The position numbers were made by a program, and so were the translations under genes. Of a DNA stretch of 64,000 nucleotides, positions 36,668 to 52,153 are shown one piece after another. This DNA comes from Entomortierella parvispora E1425. Lineage: Eukaryota; Fungi; Mortierellomycota. The notes under the pieces were generated by a model, which saw nothing but the letters and a program-made list of their open reading frames with translations, did no database searches and was not told the DNA's origin. Numbering within the stretch: position 1 is the first letter of the stretch; each line of letters begins with the position of its first letter. The DNA lies in assembly GCA_020891255.1 (NCBI GenBank), contig BQFW01000007.1, positions 2,170,001 to 2,234,000 on the forward strand. The letters are read 5' to 3'.

Positions 36668-37406
36668 ATGCCACCCCGTCCACCAGCTCAACTGACCTTG
36701 GCTCTGCTCAAACCAGACCTGACTGCCAACAGCATCAAGACTGCCAAAGTCTTTGCTCACATTCAGAAGAATGAATTCAACATTGTGGCGCAAAAGAAGC
36801 TGCTTTGGTCAAAAAGAGATGCCGAAGCATTCTATGGCGAGCATCGTGGAAAGTTCTTTTTTGAGCGGCTATGTGGATACATGACAAGGTAGAGAGCAAA
36901 GCGCGATGATGAACGGGCTGGAATAGACGGATCACTGACTAGGATTGTTTCTGGTATAGTGGACACTTTCATGCCTTGATTCTGGAGAAACCCAATGCTA
37001 TCCAGGACTGGAGGGCACTCATTGGCCCAACCCACCCTCCTCGGTAAGAACCCCTTGCAATGCAGATGGTCACCCACAAGCTCCGTTTTAAAGCAAAAAG
37101 TGAAACTAAACAGCAGGATATCGTCACTCTTTAGGGCTCGTATCAATGCCCCCTCTACCCTTCGATCACTCTACGGTCTGACCGACACTCGGAACTCATT
37201 CCATGGCTCAGGTAAACGCGCACTCTGATCTGTGCATGAAGAACTGAGCAGTCAATAGATCGGGCAACTGATCTCACCCCTTTCTATGGATAGATGCTGT
37301 TGACACTGCCAAAAATGAGATCGGGTTCTTTTTCCCCGAGTTTGAGCTGGACAGGTGGGAGGAAGAGCAGAAGCACAGGAGTTGTGTATCGGACACCAAG
37401 GAGTAA
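36668..37406 (+). CDS. NME6: Nucleoside diphosphate kinase-like protein, NME6-type, 4 exons
   Basis: QLTLALLKPD, LLWSKRDAEAFYGEHRGKFFFERLCGYM, AIQDWRALIGPT, RARINAP, GLTDTRNSFHGSD, EIGFFFPEF. The pattern matches NME6 (QLTLALIKPD...GLTDTRNTTHGSD) better than canonical NDK1. Confidence 0.85.
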
Positions 37407-37864
37407 CAATGAATAAATATGAGGCAGGTGTCATGATTGCGGAAAAATAGGCAAATAGGCACCTTCTTGGATGTGCAAGGAGAGAGGGCAGAGGATTCAG
37501 CCCAATCAAGAGGAGCGAGAACGTGACCCGCCAACCACGCGCCATTGTGTCTCGACAGGGACGAGAGCAAGGCAAGAATGTGGACCACCTGCACGTCCGA
37601 CTGGACGCACGTTCATTGCAAGGGTGTGAAATCGTGAGGTCGGTGCCCGTTTTGGCCAACAAGCGCCTTTTGTCTCCTTTGCCTCTTGACTCTCTCCGCC
37701 CATTCCTCTTTTGTTTCCTTCTCTCCACCACTTCCTTTATTCTTTCATTCCTTCCTCAGCTCGTCCATTCCTTCCTCAGTCACACTCATTTACTTCATTG
37801 CTTGTACCCTCCAACTTCCAACACTCACTCTTGCCATCAACACCTCACCTTCTCTGTTTTCACC

Positions 37865-39182
37865 ATGCGTTTCTCAGTGTCCGTTGCCGCAGCTGCTTCG
37901 CTGACGCTTCTCTCTGCGAGCTATGTTCAAGGATACGGCATTCTTGGTAGGTTTGTTTGACCATTATTCTGAACGCAGTTTACAAGATTGCAGCAGTAGG
38001 ATTAATGAAAACCGCCTCTTCTTCTCCTCAACGCTCTTCACCCTTTCCCCTTTTTTCTGTGCAGGCCACACCTTGACCGGTCAGGTCGCGCAGCTCTTCC
38101 TCACCCCCGAAACTGCCAAACAGGTCAAGGAGATCCTGTCGCCCTATTACGATGGCCTTTTGTCCAAGGCTGCCCCTTGGCCAGATACCATTAAGGGACA
38201 GGCAAAGTACAGGTGAGCCAGATATGCAATGTTATACTATGACGCGAACCAAGCTACTGCCTGCGGGCATTGACTCTGATGAATTATTTTCTTTCTGGTA
38301 GATGGGCTTCAATCTTCCATTACGTCAATACACCAGGAGACAACCCTCCAGATAGCTGCCGGTTCGAATACAACTACGACGGTAAGGACGTCGTCAATGG
38401 GCTCTTCAACATGACTACGACACTCTACCACTTCAAGCAATCGCCACCCGCCACTCCTGAGGAGAAGTCTGTCCGTGAAGATGCCTTAAGGTTCTTTGTG
38501 CATTTTATGGGCGATATCCATCAGCCGCTTCATGCCTCAGGCAAATCGCGCGGAGGAAACGATGCCCCTGCAAGGTGGGGACGTGCCAAGACCAACCTTC
38601 ACAAGATCTGGGATGGTCAACTTATTCTTGTAAGTGGCATTAATCATCAGTGCTAGCTTGGCGTGGGGGGCTTCCGCACTAGCTTGGATCGAATCAAGGG
38701 GTGAACCATGCGCCTGACCCATTTTTTGACCGTTTGGCTAATAGAAGGATATCAAGGATCACTTTGACAACAACCCTAAAGCATATCTGGACAACATGGT
38801 CGACATGGCCAACACTTTTTGGCAGCCAGAAGCAGCCAATTGGACTGAGTGTGACCCTGAACAGAACCAAGGAACTAACCCTTGGTCCGACACTACACCG
38901 CTCATCACCAAACTGTGTCCGATGCAGTGGGCTCGGGCCATGAACCAGCTGGATTGCACCTATGTCTGGAAGGATTATGACTCCACTCAAGACTACTCCT
39001 CAGTGTACTTTGATAAAGTCACTGGCGAAGCCAACGGATTCCTTGTGCAAAAGCTGATTACCATGAGCGGCATCCGCATGGCTGCCGTACTGAACCAGAT
39101 CTATGATCCATTGCCTGAAAATGGTCGGGAGAGACTGTCAGTCCAAGAGCCTTCGCGCAGGTTGAGATTGATCCTCCAGTGA
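37865..39182 (+). CDS. Secreted S1/P1 zinc nuclease, 4 exons
   Basis: Signal peptide followed by YGILG|H, APWPD, FHYVNTP, ALRFFVHFMGDIHQPLH, GGN, NLHKIWD, GIRMAAVLN. Confidence 0.93.
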
Positions 39183-39439
39183 AATATAAATTATTTATTC
39201 AGATAGTCGAGCTTACAAAAAAAAAGAATACCCAATAAAAACTCTCGAATAAAAACAAGTGACGTGGGCTTGGGATCACGTGCTGCATTTCCAGAAGGAA
39301 TGGTTGATGATGCGCCATGATGGCAACCAAGGCAGGCATTCCTCGAATCGACGACCATCTCTAGACCAACTGCACGCATCCACCTTCGCAGTCAGGACTG
39401 CAACACCCGATTCCCCACGCGCCAGCATCGCAGCCTCGA

Positions 39440-42848
<3,409 letters not shown>

Positions 42849-43238
42849 ACATCTGCACTTTGCTGCTCTAATAAAAAAATAATAAAAAACCTCCAACATG
42901 GACATGACCTAGAGAGGTATGGAAAGATGACAGGGACTCTCTGACCCCCTCTCAGCTCTTTTTTCCCTGTGTACAGTCAGGTATCTTTGGCACTCAATCT
43001 CGACTGGCACCAATGGCAAGTTTGGGATCTTTCCCTTGGTGCCCGTCCAAGACGCGCACCTGGGGGGGGATTTTGAAAAAAAAAAAAAAAAATTGACTGC
43101 CTTTTTAAATTCACGTGACCTTGTTGTTATTATTTTTTTTTTCTTTTTTTTTTGGACTCTCCTACAGGCCACTCATTTCATGAGCCATTTGCATCCTCAT
43201 CCATCTCCTCCACCACCTCCACATCACCATCATCAGCC

Positions 43239-45502
43239 ATGGGAAAACTTCAGAAGAAAGGAAAGGCCGGAGCCGCCATCAACTACATCACCCGTAACCA
43301 GGCTTTGAAGAAGCTTCAGGTTACCCTTGCCGACTTCCGGTATGGGACTTTTTCTATCCACAGGCCCCACTTCAAACCACCTTTCAATCCCTTGATATAG
43401 CATCGTTCTATTCTCCTGAAAACTTACCCACTTTTGTCGACCTTATTTTGCCCTTCACTTTTAGTCGTCTCTGTATTCTCAAGGGAATCTACCCCCGTGA
43501 GCCTAAGAACAAGAAGAAGGCCAACAAGGGATCAACGGCACCTTCGACTTTTTACTATGCAAAGGATATCCAGTACTTGATGCACGAGCCCATCTTGGGC
43601 AAGTTCCGTGAGTACAAGACTTTCGCCAAGAAGATGGCCAAGGTTATGTCCAAGGGTCAATACAGCACTGCCAAGACCTTGGCTGAGAACAAGCCCATCT
43701 ACACCTTGGATCACATCATCAAGGAGCGTTACCCTACTTTTACCGATGCCCTCCGTGATCTTGATGATGCTCTTTGCATGATCTTCTTGTTTGCCACCAT
43801 GCCCAAGACGGACAAAATTAAGGCCGAGACCATTGAGAACTGCCAGCGTCTTGCTGCCGAGTTCCAGCACTATGTTTTGCATACCCGGAGTTTGCGCAAG
43901 GTTTTCTTGTCGATCAAGGGTATCTACTACCAGGCCGAGATCAAGGGTCAGACCATCACCTGGCTCGTCCCATACCAGTTCTCCCAGGATGTAAGGCATT
44001 GCTTTTTATTTCAACAGCACCGACCGAGAGCACTGTCAAAAAAAAAAAAAAAAAAAAAAATGGGGGCAATTGATGACTAATCTTCAATACCTTTTCAATC
44101 CATGGTAGGTCCCCACTGATGTCGATTTCCGTGTCATGTTGACTTTCCTCGAGTTCCACCAGACCCTCTGCGGATTCGTCAACTACAGATTATACTCGGA
44201 TGTCAACTTGGTCTACCCTCCTGCTTTGGATCTCAAGTTGGACGAGGGTGGTGCTGGAATGAACGCTTTGATCATCGAGTCGACTCAATCCTCTGCCAAC
44301 ATTGCCAAGAGCGTCAACACCCCAGTAACCGCAGTATCCGCCTCATTATCCAAGGAGGAGAAGCAGCGTCTTCAGGAGTCAGAGAAGAGATTGAAGACCT
44401 TGTCGAGCAAGATTGCACATATTCAGGAGAATGGCGAGGATGAGAAGGCTTCGACTGAGGCCAACGCCAACGATGATTCCATCGATGAGTTCCCTACCCA
44501 GCTCCCCAACACTGACGGTTCCTCCTCTGCCACCGTCACTTTTACCGATATCCAGCGTGCTTCCCAACACTTGACTCAGTTCCAGAGCTTGTTCAGCAAC
44601 TGCTACATCTTCCTCTCGCGTGAGGTCCCCCGTTACTCGCTCGAGTTCATCTTGCGTGCCTTGGGCGCTCAGGTCGGTTGGGATGCAGTTTTGGGAGAGG
44701 GATCGCCCTTTGATGAGAACGATGACAGGATCACACACCAGATCAGCGATCGTCCCGTTCAGGGCCATCGTTTCTTGAGCCGTCAATATGTCCAGCCCCA
44801 GTGGGCTTATGACTGCATCAACGCCGGCAAGCTCTTGACTGCTGAGCCATACCACGTCGGAAAGACCTTGCCTCCTCACTTGTCGCCTTTTGTCGAGGCC
44901 AAGGAGGGAGACTATGTTCCTGATCAGAACCAGTTCGAGGGTCAGACTGAGGATTTGGTCATGGAGAGCGGTGATGAGGAAGAGTCCGAGGATGAAGATG
45001 AGGAGGAGGATGAGGACGAGGACGAGTCTGAGGATGAGGATGCTGAGGTAAGAATTACTATTGAACTTGATGTGGACACCACCATGCTTTTATTTTTTGA
45101 TTGCGTTTTCTAATTGGTATTTTTCTCTTTTTATTCTTTTTTAAAAAAAAAAATTAGCACAAGGACTTGCACCAGATCGAGTTGGAGGCTGAGGCCAAGG
45201 GAGTTGCATTCACAGAATTCGAGGCCAAGGAGAACAAGAAGAAGAAGGCTGCCACCAAGACCTCGTCCACCACTGTTGCCACGACACGGTCCGCCAACAA
45301 GAAGCGTACCGCTGCCGAGATTGAGGAGGAGGAGCAGAAGGATTTGGCCAAGATCATGATGACCAACAAGCAGGCCAAGTTGTACAACAAGATTCAGTAC
45401 GGCAAGGACAAGAAGGCGGCCGAAGTCCAGAAGTTGACCGAGAAGAAGCAGCAGATTGCCAAGGGCGCCAAGGCTGCCGCCAGCAAGAAGGCCAAGAAGT
45501 AA
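43239..45502 (+). CDS. NOP7: Pescadillo homolog (ribosome biogenesis, BRCT domain), 4 exons
   Basis: [34 protein letters not shown]|[50 protein letters not shown], acidic C-terminal tract. Confidence 0.97.
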
Positions 45503-46964
45503 ATGATCGAGGCAGACGCGAAACATACACACACTTACATTTTAAAGAACAGATCCCCCTTTTACCTCATTTTGCATTTTATATTAAACCAACAATTCCC
45601 CAGCATGTAGCACGTATGGGAGCTTTGTGATTCAGCCCGTTACTTGGTTGCTTGCGGGACGAAACATGTGTTGACCCGAATACCGTGCTCTAGGCTCCAC
45701 GACACGACAACTTGTTTCTAACGGTGTGGGCAACTTGATCCACCTGTGCAATACAGATTACACATATTCCTACTGCCAGGAAGAGAGCCAAGGGACGTTC
45801 AAGATAGGCGATGGAATCTACGTCAAACAGTTCTGTAAGAGCGATCAAAGCGGGATTGGGTATGGACACGTATGGTAAAGACAAAGAACAACACATCGAA
45901 AAGTCTGGGGCAGCACGATATGCGTTTACAGATGAATATGATCAAGGAGATTGGTATGGGGTATCGACTCACTTGGCATCCGTCTGCCGACGTGAGACAG
46001 AGTATCCACTACAACTGTGATGAAAAGGAGATGAAGGTCAAGTCAAGGCAGCAATTTCTATGTTGCGTTTGAAGGGTGCACTGGAACATGCTACCCTGAG
46101 GACGGGCCTCCATATACATATCCGTAACTTTTTGATTTCTTAGAGCTATTGCGAGCCGCTGCAAGTCAGAGCTCGGCCTTGTGGATCCTCATCCCTCAGG
46201 CTGTAATTCGCAAAACAGGACCTTTCCATCTTCCCTTTCTTTCTCGCGATATCTTGTAAAAAATACACGCGTTTTTATTATCCCGAGAATCGCCCAGTAC
46301 TTGAAGTCCGTTCTGGGGTTTTAACAGATGCAGAAAGGAGTTGAACGGCTCTTCCAGGTGTGTTCAACAAATGTATCTTGGCCCAGGTGTCGAAGGGGTG
46401 GTTTGGGCTTTCAGGATAACAGCATCAGGCTACGACTCGTCTGCCAGTTAAAAAAAGCAGTATCAGGTACTTTCAGCACTTTCCATCGATATAGAATGCT
46501 TCAGTGGCCCTTCGTTCGACTGGTGTTGTCCTTCGTGTGGGGACCAGGAGTTGGTCCTGTTGTGGTTCTCACCTCTGATCCTCCGCCGAGTCCCAGTTTT
46601 GTTCAAATCGAAATGGGTCTATTGGAGCGCGTATTGATCAAGGAAAAGGACGCTGAAGCACTTTTCCAGCTTTTCCAGTTGGTACGACCGAAGTGACAAT
46701 GTCTGGGGCTTTTGTATGGAAGGTAAGGGAGAACGAGAAACGGTGGTACAGCAGAAGGCGAGGATGAAGAGGAATGACAGGAGAAGTGGGCGTTTGCTAT
46801 GCTCGAGGCACCCCCTTGGCTGATGACGGCCGTCCAATTTCTGGGAGGGTCTGTCGTTTGCTTTTTCAACCGCCACCAATCTTTCAATCGCCTCTTTGGT
46901 CTTCCTCCTTCTCTCTTTCTCCGCCCCCCTTCCCTTTCTTTTCATCCTCGTTGTCGTCCTCACC

Positions 46965-48515
46965 ATGACGCACAGTCCAACCTCTACCTCATCGACCTCG
47001 ATTGCAGAACATGACGCTGTCATTCAGGAGATTGCACGCACAAACCAGATCACGTAAATCGATGGCACTTTTCACTGGAACATGGACCATTCACATTCCA
47101 GAAATCAGGTTCTTTTTTTTTTTAAACAACAACAAGATGACTGATTGTCTTTATGTTGCCCCGACTCTTGTTTAGTTTACCCTGGGAAAAGCTGCGCGAT
47201 ATTCTGCAAGATCGACTCTGCCGTGTGCTGGAGTCAGGCCAGCTCGTCTTCACCGCCTCTTCTGTCACCAATCCTTTAACGACAACTGTGGCTTCCCCCG
47301 TTGGCTCTGCAACAGCCTTTGGTTTCTTGAATTTGCCTGGTCCTTCTCCCATAACTTCTTCCACCACATCTCCAACAGCGACACCCTCTATCCCTCCAGC
47401 AGAAGGAGAAGAAAAGCAGCCAGTAGAAGGAGAACAGGCGGCTGCTGGTAGGAATGTTCCAGAGCAAGATACCACCACCACCACCACCACGCAAGCAAAG
47501 GAGCCATCTGCAACCCAGGAACAAAAGGGCAAAGGCACAGCGGATGCAGGATCGGATGATAAGGGGAGTGGTGAAACAAACCTGAAAGAATCCAAGGAGA
47601 CGTCTGCAGATCAAGATCAACAAAAGGAGGAATCGGCCTCAGAACAGAAGGATTCTCAAGCCCCTTCGTCGCCCTCTCCATCGGGCAATGTTACCACTGA
47701 AGACGACAACGACAAGCAGGACGCAGCAATGACAGGATCTGCCGTGCTGATTTCAAAGGATACACTGCTGCTGGAAACTCCCGAGGGATACCATGATCGC
47801 ATCAGGGGCTTGTTGAACACCTTCACGAGTGCGCCTTTTACGATCCAAAGAGTTTGTGAGCTCTTGTCAAACCCAACAGAACATCACTCGAGTGTGATCA
47901 AGTACCTTCGCGCTGTCGAGAAGGTATGAGGCGGACGAAACTGTGATTGCAGCGATGTACTTGGGTGAATATTGACTATCGTTTTCCTTTTTCTTTTTTT
48001 TCAAACAGGTTCTGATGATTACTTCCTCGATTAACGAGTTCTCCAACCCCGCTTACCACGGAACGAGTGCACTGGATGAGGATTCTACAGATTCAGCTGC
48101 AGTGGAGAAGGAGTCATCTGTAGCCAATGGCGATGGTGATTATAGTCGGGTGCGCGATCTGGACTTTTCATTGATTACCTCCATGCCTAACACCGATGCT
48201 AACGGGGGAGTGCCTAAAGCCCAAGTATCGGACGAGGACGAGGATGTGACAACAGCATTTTTGGCAGAGCAGGAGCCCGTTACCCGAGAATCCCAAACTG
48301 AAGAGAGAGAAGAGGAGGATAGTGAAGAGGCAGAGAAGCGAGATATGCAGATGAAGCACCAAGACGAGAAGAACCAAGGCGGTATTGGATCGGATATGGA
48401 TGTGGATGCCGCAGGTGGAGGATCAACGATGGAGGGTGTTGAGACGGATGGAGGCGAGGAGCTGCAACCGGAGAGTAGCAAAGGCGACAACCCCATGGAT
48501 GTTGACCAGGCATAG
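46965..48515 (+). CDS. PP4 regulatory subunit 2 (PPP4R2/Psy4-like), 3 exons
   Basis: LPWEKLRDILQDRL and LLNTFTSAPFTIQRVCELLSNPTEHHSSVIKYLRAVEK|VL match the PPP4R2 core; acidic tail. Confidence 0.85.
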
Positions 48516-48767
48516 CCAAAGTAGACACATAATAAAATGAACTAAAAATCCCCCCTAGAAACGAAACAGAAGTCTGCGAAATTGGGCACGCCACCTTTTC
48601 CTTCGCCGTGAGGCTGAAGCTCTGAACCCACAAGCAGGAGCACACGACCATTCTTCTTTTCTCTCTTTCTCTTTTTCTCTCTTTTTTCTGCAGCACACGA
48701 CCCTCTCCTCTTCGTTGTTCCCTTCTTCGATTGTATACCCCTTCCTTCTCTTCTTCTCTTCGTCACT

Positions 48768-49408
48768 ATGGCCCCTACTCCCATTGACCCCAGCCTGTAC
48801 TCTGGCTCGCTCCTGAGTCTAATCATCCTCATTCTCGACCTCATTGGCGTCGTGCAGGTCTTGAACTCGGATCGGCCCGTGCCCCACAAGCTCCTCTGGT
48901 GCTTGCTCATCTTCCTCTGCCCCATTGTCGGCATCCTCATCTACTAGTATGTCTTTTTCTTCCTTCTCCTTTGAGCATGCACAACCCCATCTCCACCGTA
49001 TTCCTTTCTCTATCGAACTAGTCCCTCAGGAATTGGAAGAGACAAGAACAGAACGAAACAGGAGCAGGACCAACGAACAGGACCAGTTGGTTGAGTTAGA
49101 GGCAAAGAACAAGAGCAGGAGGGAACAACGAAGTGAAAACAAAGACAAGGAGACGACGTGCTATGACAGAACAACATGGGAGCAAAAAAAAAAAAACCCC
49201 CCTCCCCACACTTCTGTGTCCGCTTGGGACATGGCACAAGACCCGGAGAACGATGCTGGACATACAAAGAAAAATCATTCTCCGCTTGTTGGAGCTTTCT
49301 AAAGCATAAAGCGCTGACACTGTCTCCATCTCCAATTTTTTTGTCTTTCTTCCTAGTCTCTTTGCTGAGCGGGAGAGACGCCGTCTTCGCTACGTGAGCA
49401 TCCCATGA
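48768..49408 (+). CDS. 76-aa two-helix membrane microprotein with a PLDc_N (cardiolipin-synthase N-terminal-like) motif, 2 exons; absent from the ORF track
   Basis: Exon 48768-48946 encodes MAPTPIDPSLYSGSLLSLIILILDLIGVVQVLNSDRPVPHKLLWCLLIFLCPIVGILIY. Donor gtatgt, acceptor ttcttcctag at 49356, exon 2 gives YLFAERERRRLRYVSIP*. Phases match. Confidence 0.85.
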
Positions 49409-49763
49409 GAAGGACGCGAGCAATGTTCTGATATCGATAGGAAAGAAAAAAAAAACCAGGAGACAGGAACCGGACTCGTGAACAACGTTCTCTTTCTTTA
49501 TTTCTTGAAACGTATAACCCCAGCAAAACCCGAAATAAAATCGAGATTTACAGCAATTCATGGACAGAACAATCGACTTGAGGACCAAAAGGCAGGAGGA
49601 GAAGACTTTCTGAGAGCAAGCGAAAAGGGAGCCTTTTTTTTTCAAGTTGAGGATATCGCATTGCTGAACAAGTCAAAAAGAAAAGAGCAGATAAATGTGA
49701 GGTGGGTGATCAAAACAGGATCAAAAGAGTGAACTAGTAGCTCAGGTGTTGAGAGTATCCACT

Positions 49764-51581
49764 TTACAAATTGGGAGTGGTGGCGGCATCGGTCGTCAAC
49801 AGGAATGAAGATGTGGAGGAGGACACAGTCGAAGTAGGCGCCTCGTCATCATCCACCAACAGTTGGTCTAGTCGCTGTGTTACACCCTTGATACCAGACA
49901 CTGGAGACATGTGTCGAGGAATTTCTTCCCAGGAATCATCTGAAAGAATACCAGCCTCATCTTCTTCGGCGTTTTCCTTCTCCTCTTCTTCATCATCGGT
50001 GTCATCCTGAACTGGGTCAGGAAACAAGGCGTGATTGTTGATGCGCTCCACGCCTTCCAAAATTTCCTCCTCCTCCTCATTTTCCAAAACCTTTGTCTCT
50101 TCTGCCGCCTTGACCTCCTCTGCGGCAGCCTGACTAGGTCCTGCGCCTCCGGCAGGCAGCTGATATTGGTCCAATCCGTCCATTGTGGCCATTTCAGCCT
50201 CCACATTCTCCTCATCGTCTGCCAACATGTCGGGTGTGATGGTCTTGGGGGCTGTCAGTCCATGAGTACTGTTCAACGGACTCTTTTCCAACAACCGTTC
50301 CTTGTAGATCCTATCAATCGTGGCCTGATCGACTTTTTTCTTCATCTTTGTCTGGTTGACCTTGAAATCTTCCCGAGGATCCAATTTCCACACCAGAGGT
50401 TCTTCTGACTTTAGAGAGTGTTCACGATGGACGTCCACTCTAGCTCTGGAGAAATTCACCATGTCATCGCGGTGCAAGTAACCCCGTACGTCCAAGTCAT
50501 TGTCCTCTTCGTCCAAGGCGGAGGTGTTCTGGGCATAGTCATCCACATCATCCAGAAAACGGTGGGGCAAGACCCGGATCTTGTCCTCTTCTTCCTGTTG
50601 CAGTTCCCTGGCTTGCAGGAAATCCCGCGTTTCTTCAAACTTCTTGAACGCGTACTGGATTTTTTCGCTGCTTGAAATAAACGCGGCTATTATTTTGTAC
50701 CATGTTTGCAATGGAGGGAAGAAGGAACAGGTTAGATATCAGCAAAAGAAATGAAGAGAGTATGAAAGCGAGAAAGAAAAGAAGAGAATAAAAGAATAAA
50801 GGGGGTAGTGCACAAAGAGGCTTCAACGTTGAAAAAAGAAGGCAAAGCAGCTCCAAAAACCAACATCAACCCTTGGCAGAGTCTAGCGAAACTGGCAATG
50901 CAAAAAAAAAAAAGTTCGGGGCAAAGGAAAAGGGCCCTGTTCCGCTGCCTGCACCTCTCCACCCTTTTTTTTTTCGTTCACGTACCAATCCGCGCCTCCT
51001 CTGCCACAGCTTTGCCATATTGGCCTGGGTACGAGGACGACGATGATGAAGACGCAGCTCCGTTCGAGTGGTTGGATGTACTGAGGTTTCCAGAATCATG
51101 CCAGATCCGTGCTGACAGATAGTCAGCCATCTCTTGGCACTCTCGATGAAGGGTCTAAAAAAGCAAAAAGTGACCCATCCTATCATTAGTAAGAATAAAC
51201 ATCTCTGGTTTAGGGTCCCCTCCTCCAAGTCTCCTTTTTTTTTCGTTTTCGTTACTTGAATAAGATCGTTGTCACCAAACGATAATAGCGTCTCGTTGTC
51301 CAGATTCAAGGCAGAGACCATCTCGATCAAAAGACTCGAGTTGCTGTCGGCCTTTTCAATAACTTGGTATGCCGTCAGCTAGAAACGATCAAAAGGGAGG
51401 AGTTGGTCTGCAAGGTCAGTGACAGCTATGAAGGTTGCTGGATGCGTGAGAGTGATCTGATTTCTTGTTTTTTTACACTGTCATTTTGGATAGCTTCCTC
51501 AGTGTAAAGGTGTTGGGTTGTGGAGGCGGAGGGAGAATCGTAGAAGAGACTGGACCAAGCTTGAGGAGTTGTTGCTGCCAT
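49764..51581 (-). CDS. GAT-like domain protein with an acidic disordered C-terminus, 4 exons
   Basis: Spliced reading: MAATTPQ...QNDS|LTAYQVIEKADSNSSLLIEMVSALNLDNETLLSFGDNDLIQ|TLHRECQEMADYLSARI...ARI|AAFISSSEKIQYAFKKFEE. The three-helix pattern resembles the GAT domains of TOM1/GGA/Lsb5. No VHS domain seen. Confidence 0.6.
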
Positions 51582-51664
51582 TTTTTTTCTTGTGTAATTG
51601 TTTGTTCGCGTGAGTGAGTGAGCGAGCAACGCAAAAAGTGTAAGTGCGTGAGAGTGAAGGAGAG

Positions 51665-51667
<3 letters not shown>

Positions 51668-51718
<51 letters not shown>
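51668..51718. repeat. (GA)n microsatellite
   Basis: About 25 GA units in the 5' region of the GAT gene. Confidence 0.95.
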
Positions 51719-51720
<2 letters not shown>

Positions 51721-52153
51721 CAGAGAGGAAGGGATCAGAAGCGCGTGAGAGGGTTGCTGGGTGTGTCCAGAGAGTGAAAGAGTAAGTGCGATGGAAGGAA
51801 CAAAGGGGGGCAAACCTCCACCAGCTTTGCTCTTTATTCGGATGTTCCCTCGACTTTGCCAGACTGCGGCCTGGATGCCAGTCACTTGCTCCATCCCGCA
51901 GCAACGAGAGTTTTCAAGCATGTATTTCAACAACCGGATACAAACTTCTCTTTTTATTTGTAATTTGTTCATGAAAGTGGTCGTGTGTCAGTCAGTCATC
52001 ATTCCTTCTGGGGAGGAGAAAAATAGTTCATTATTATGGTGGAGGAAGGTTGATGGCATCAAAAAAGAGTCCGAGAAGGGTTCAAGTGAAAGAAGCAGAG
52101 CATCGTTGTCGAGTCTAGATATTGTCCCTTGGCTGCTGGCCGCCTTTGCTGCC

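Noticed and set aside
45690-46900. Short ORFs between NOP7 and PP4R2
   Set aside because: No coherent spliced model or family match could be built by eye.
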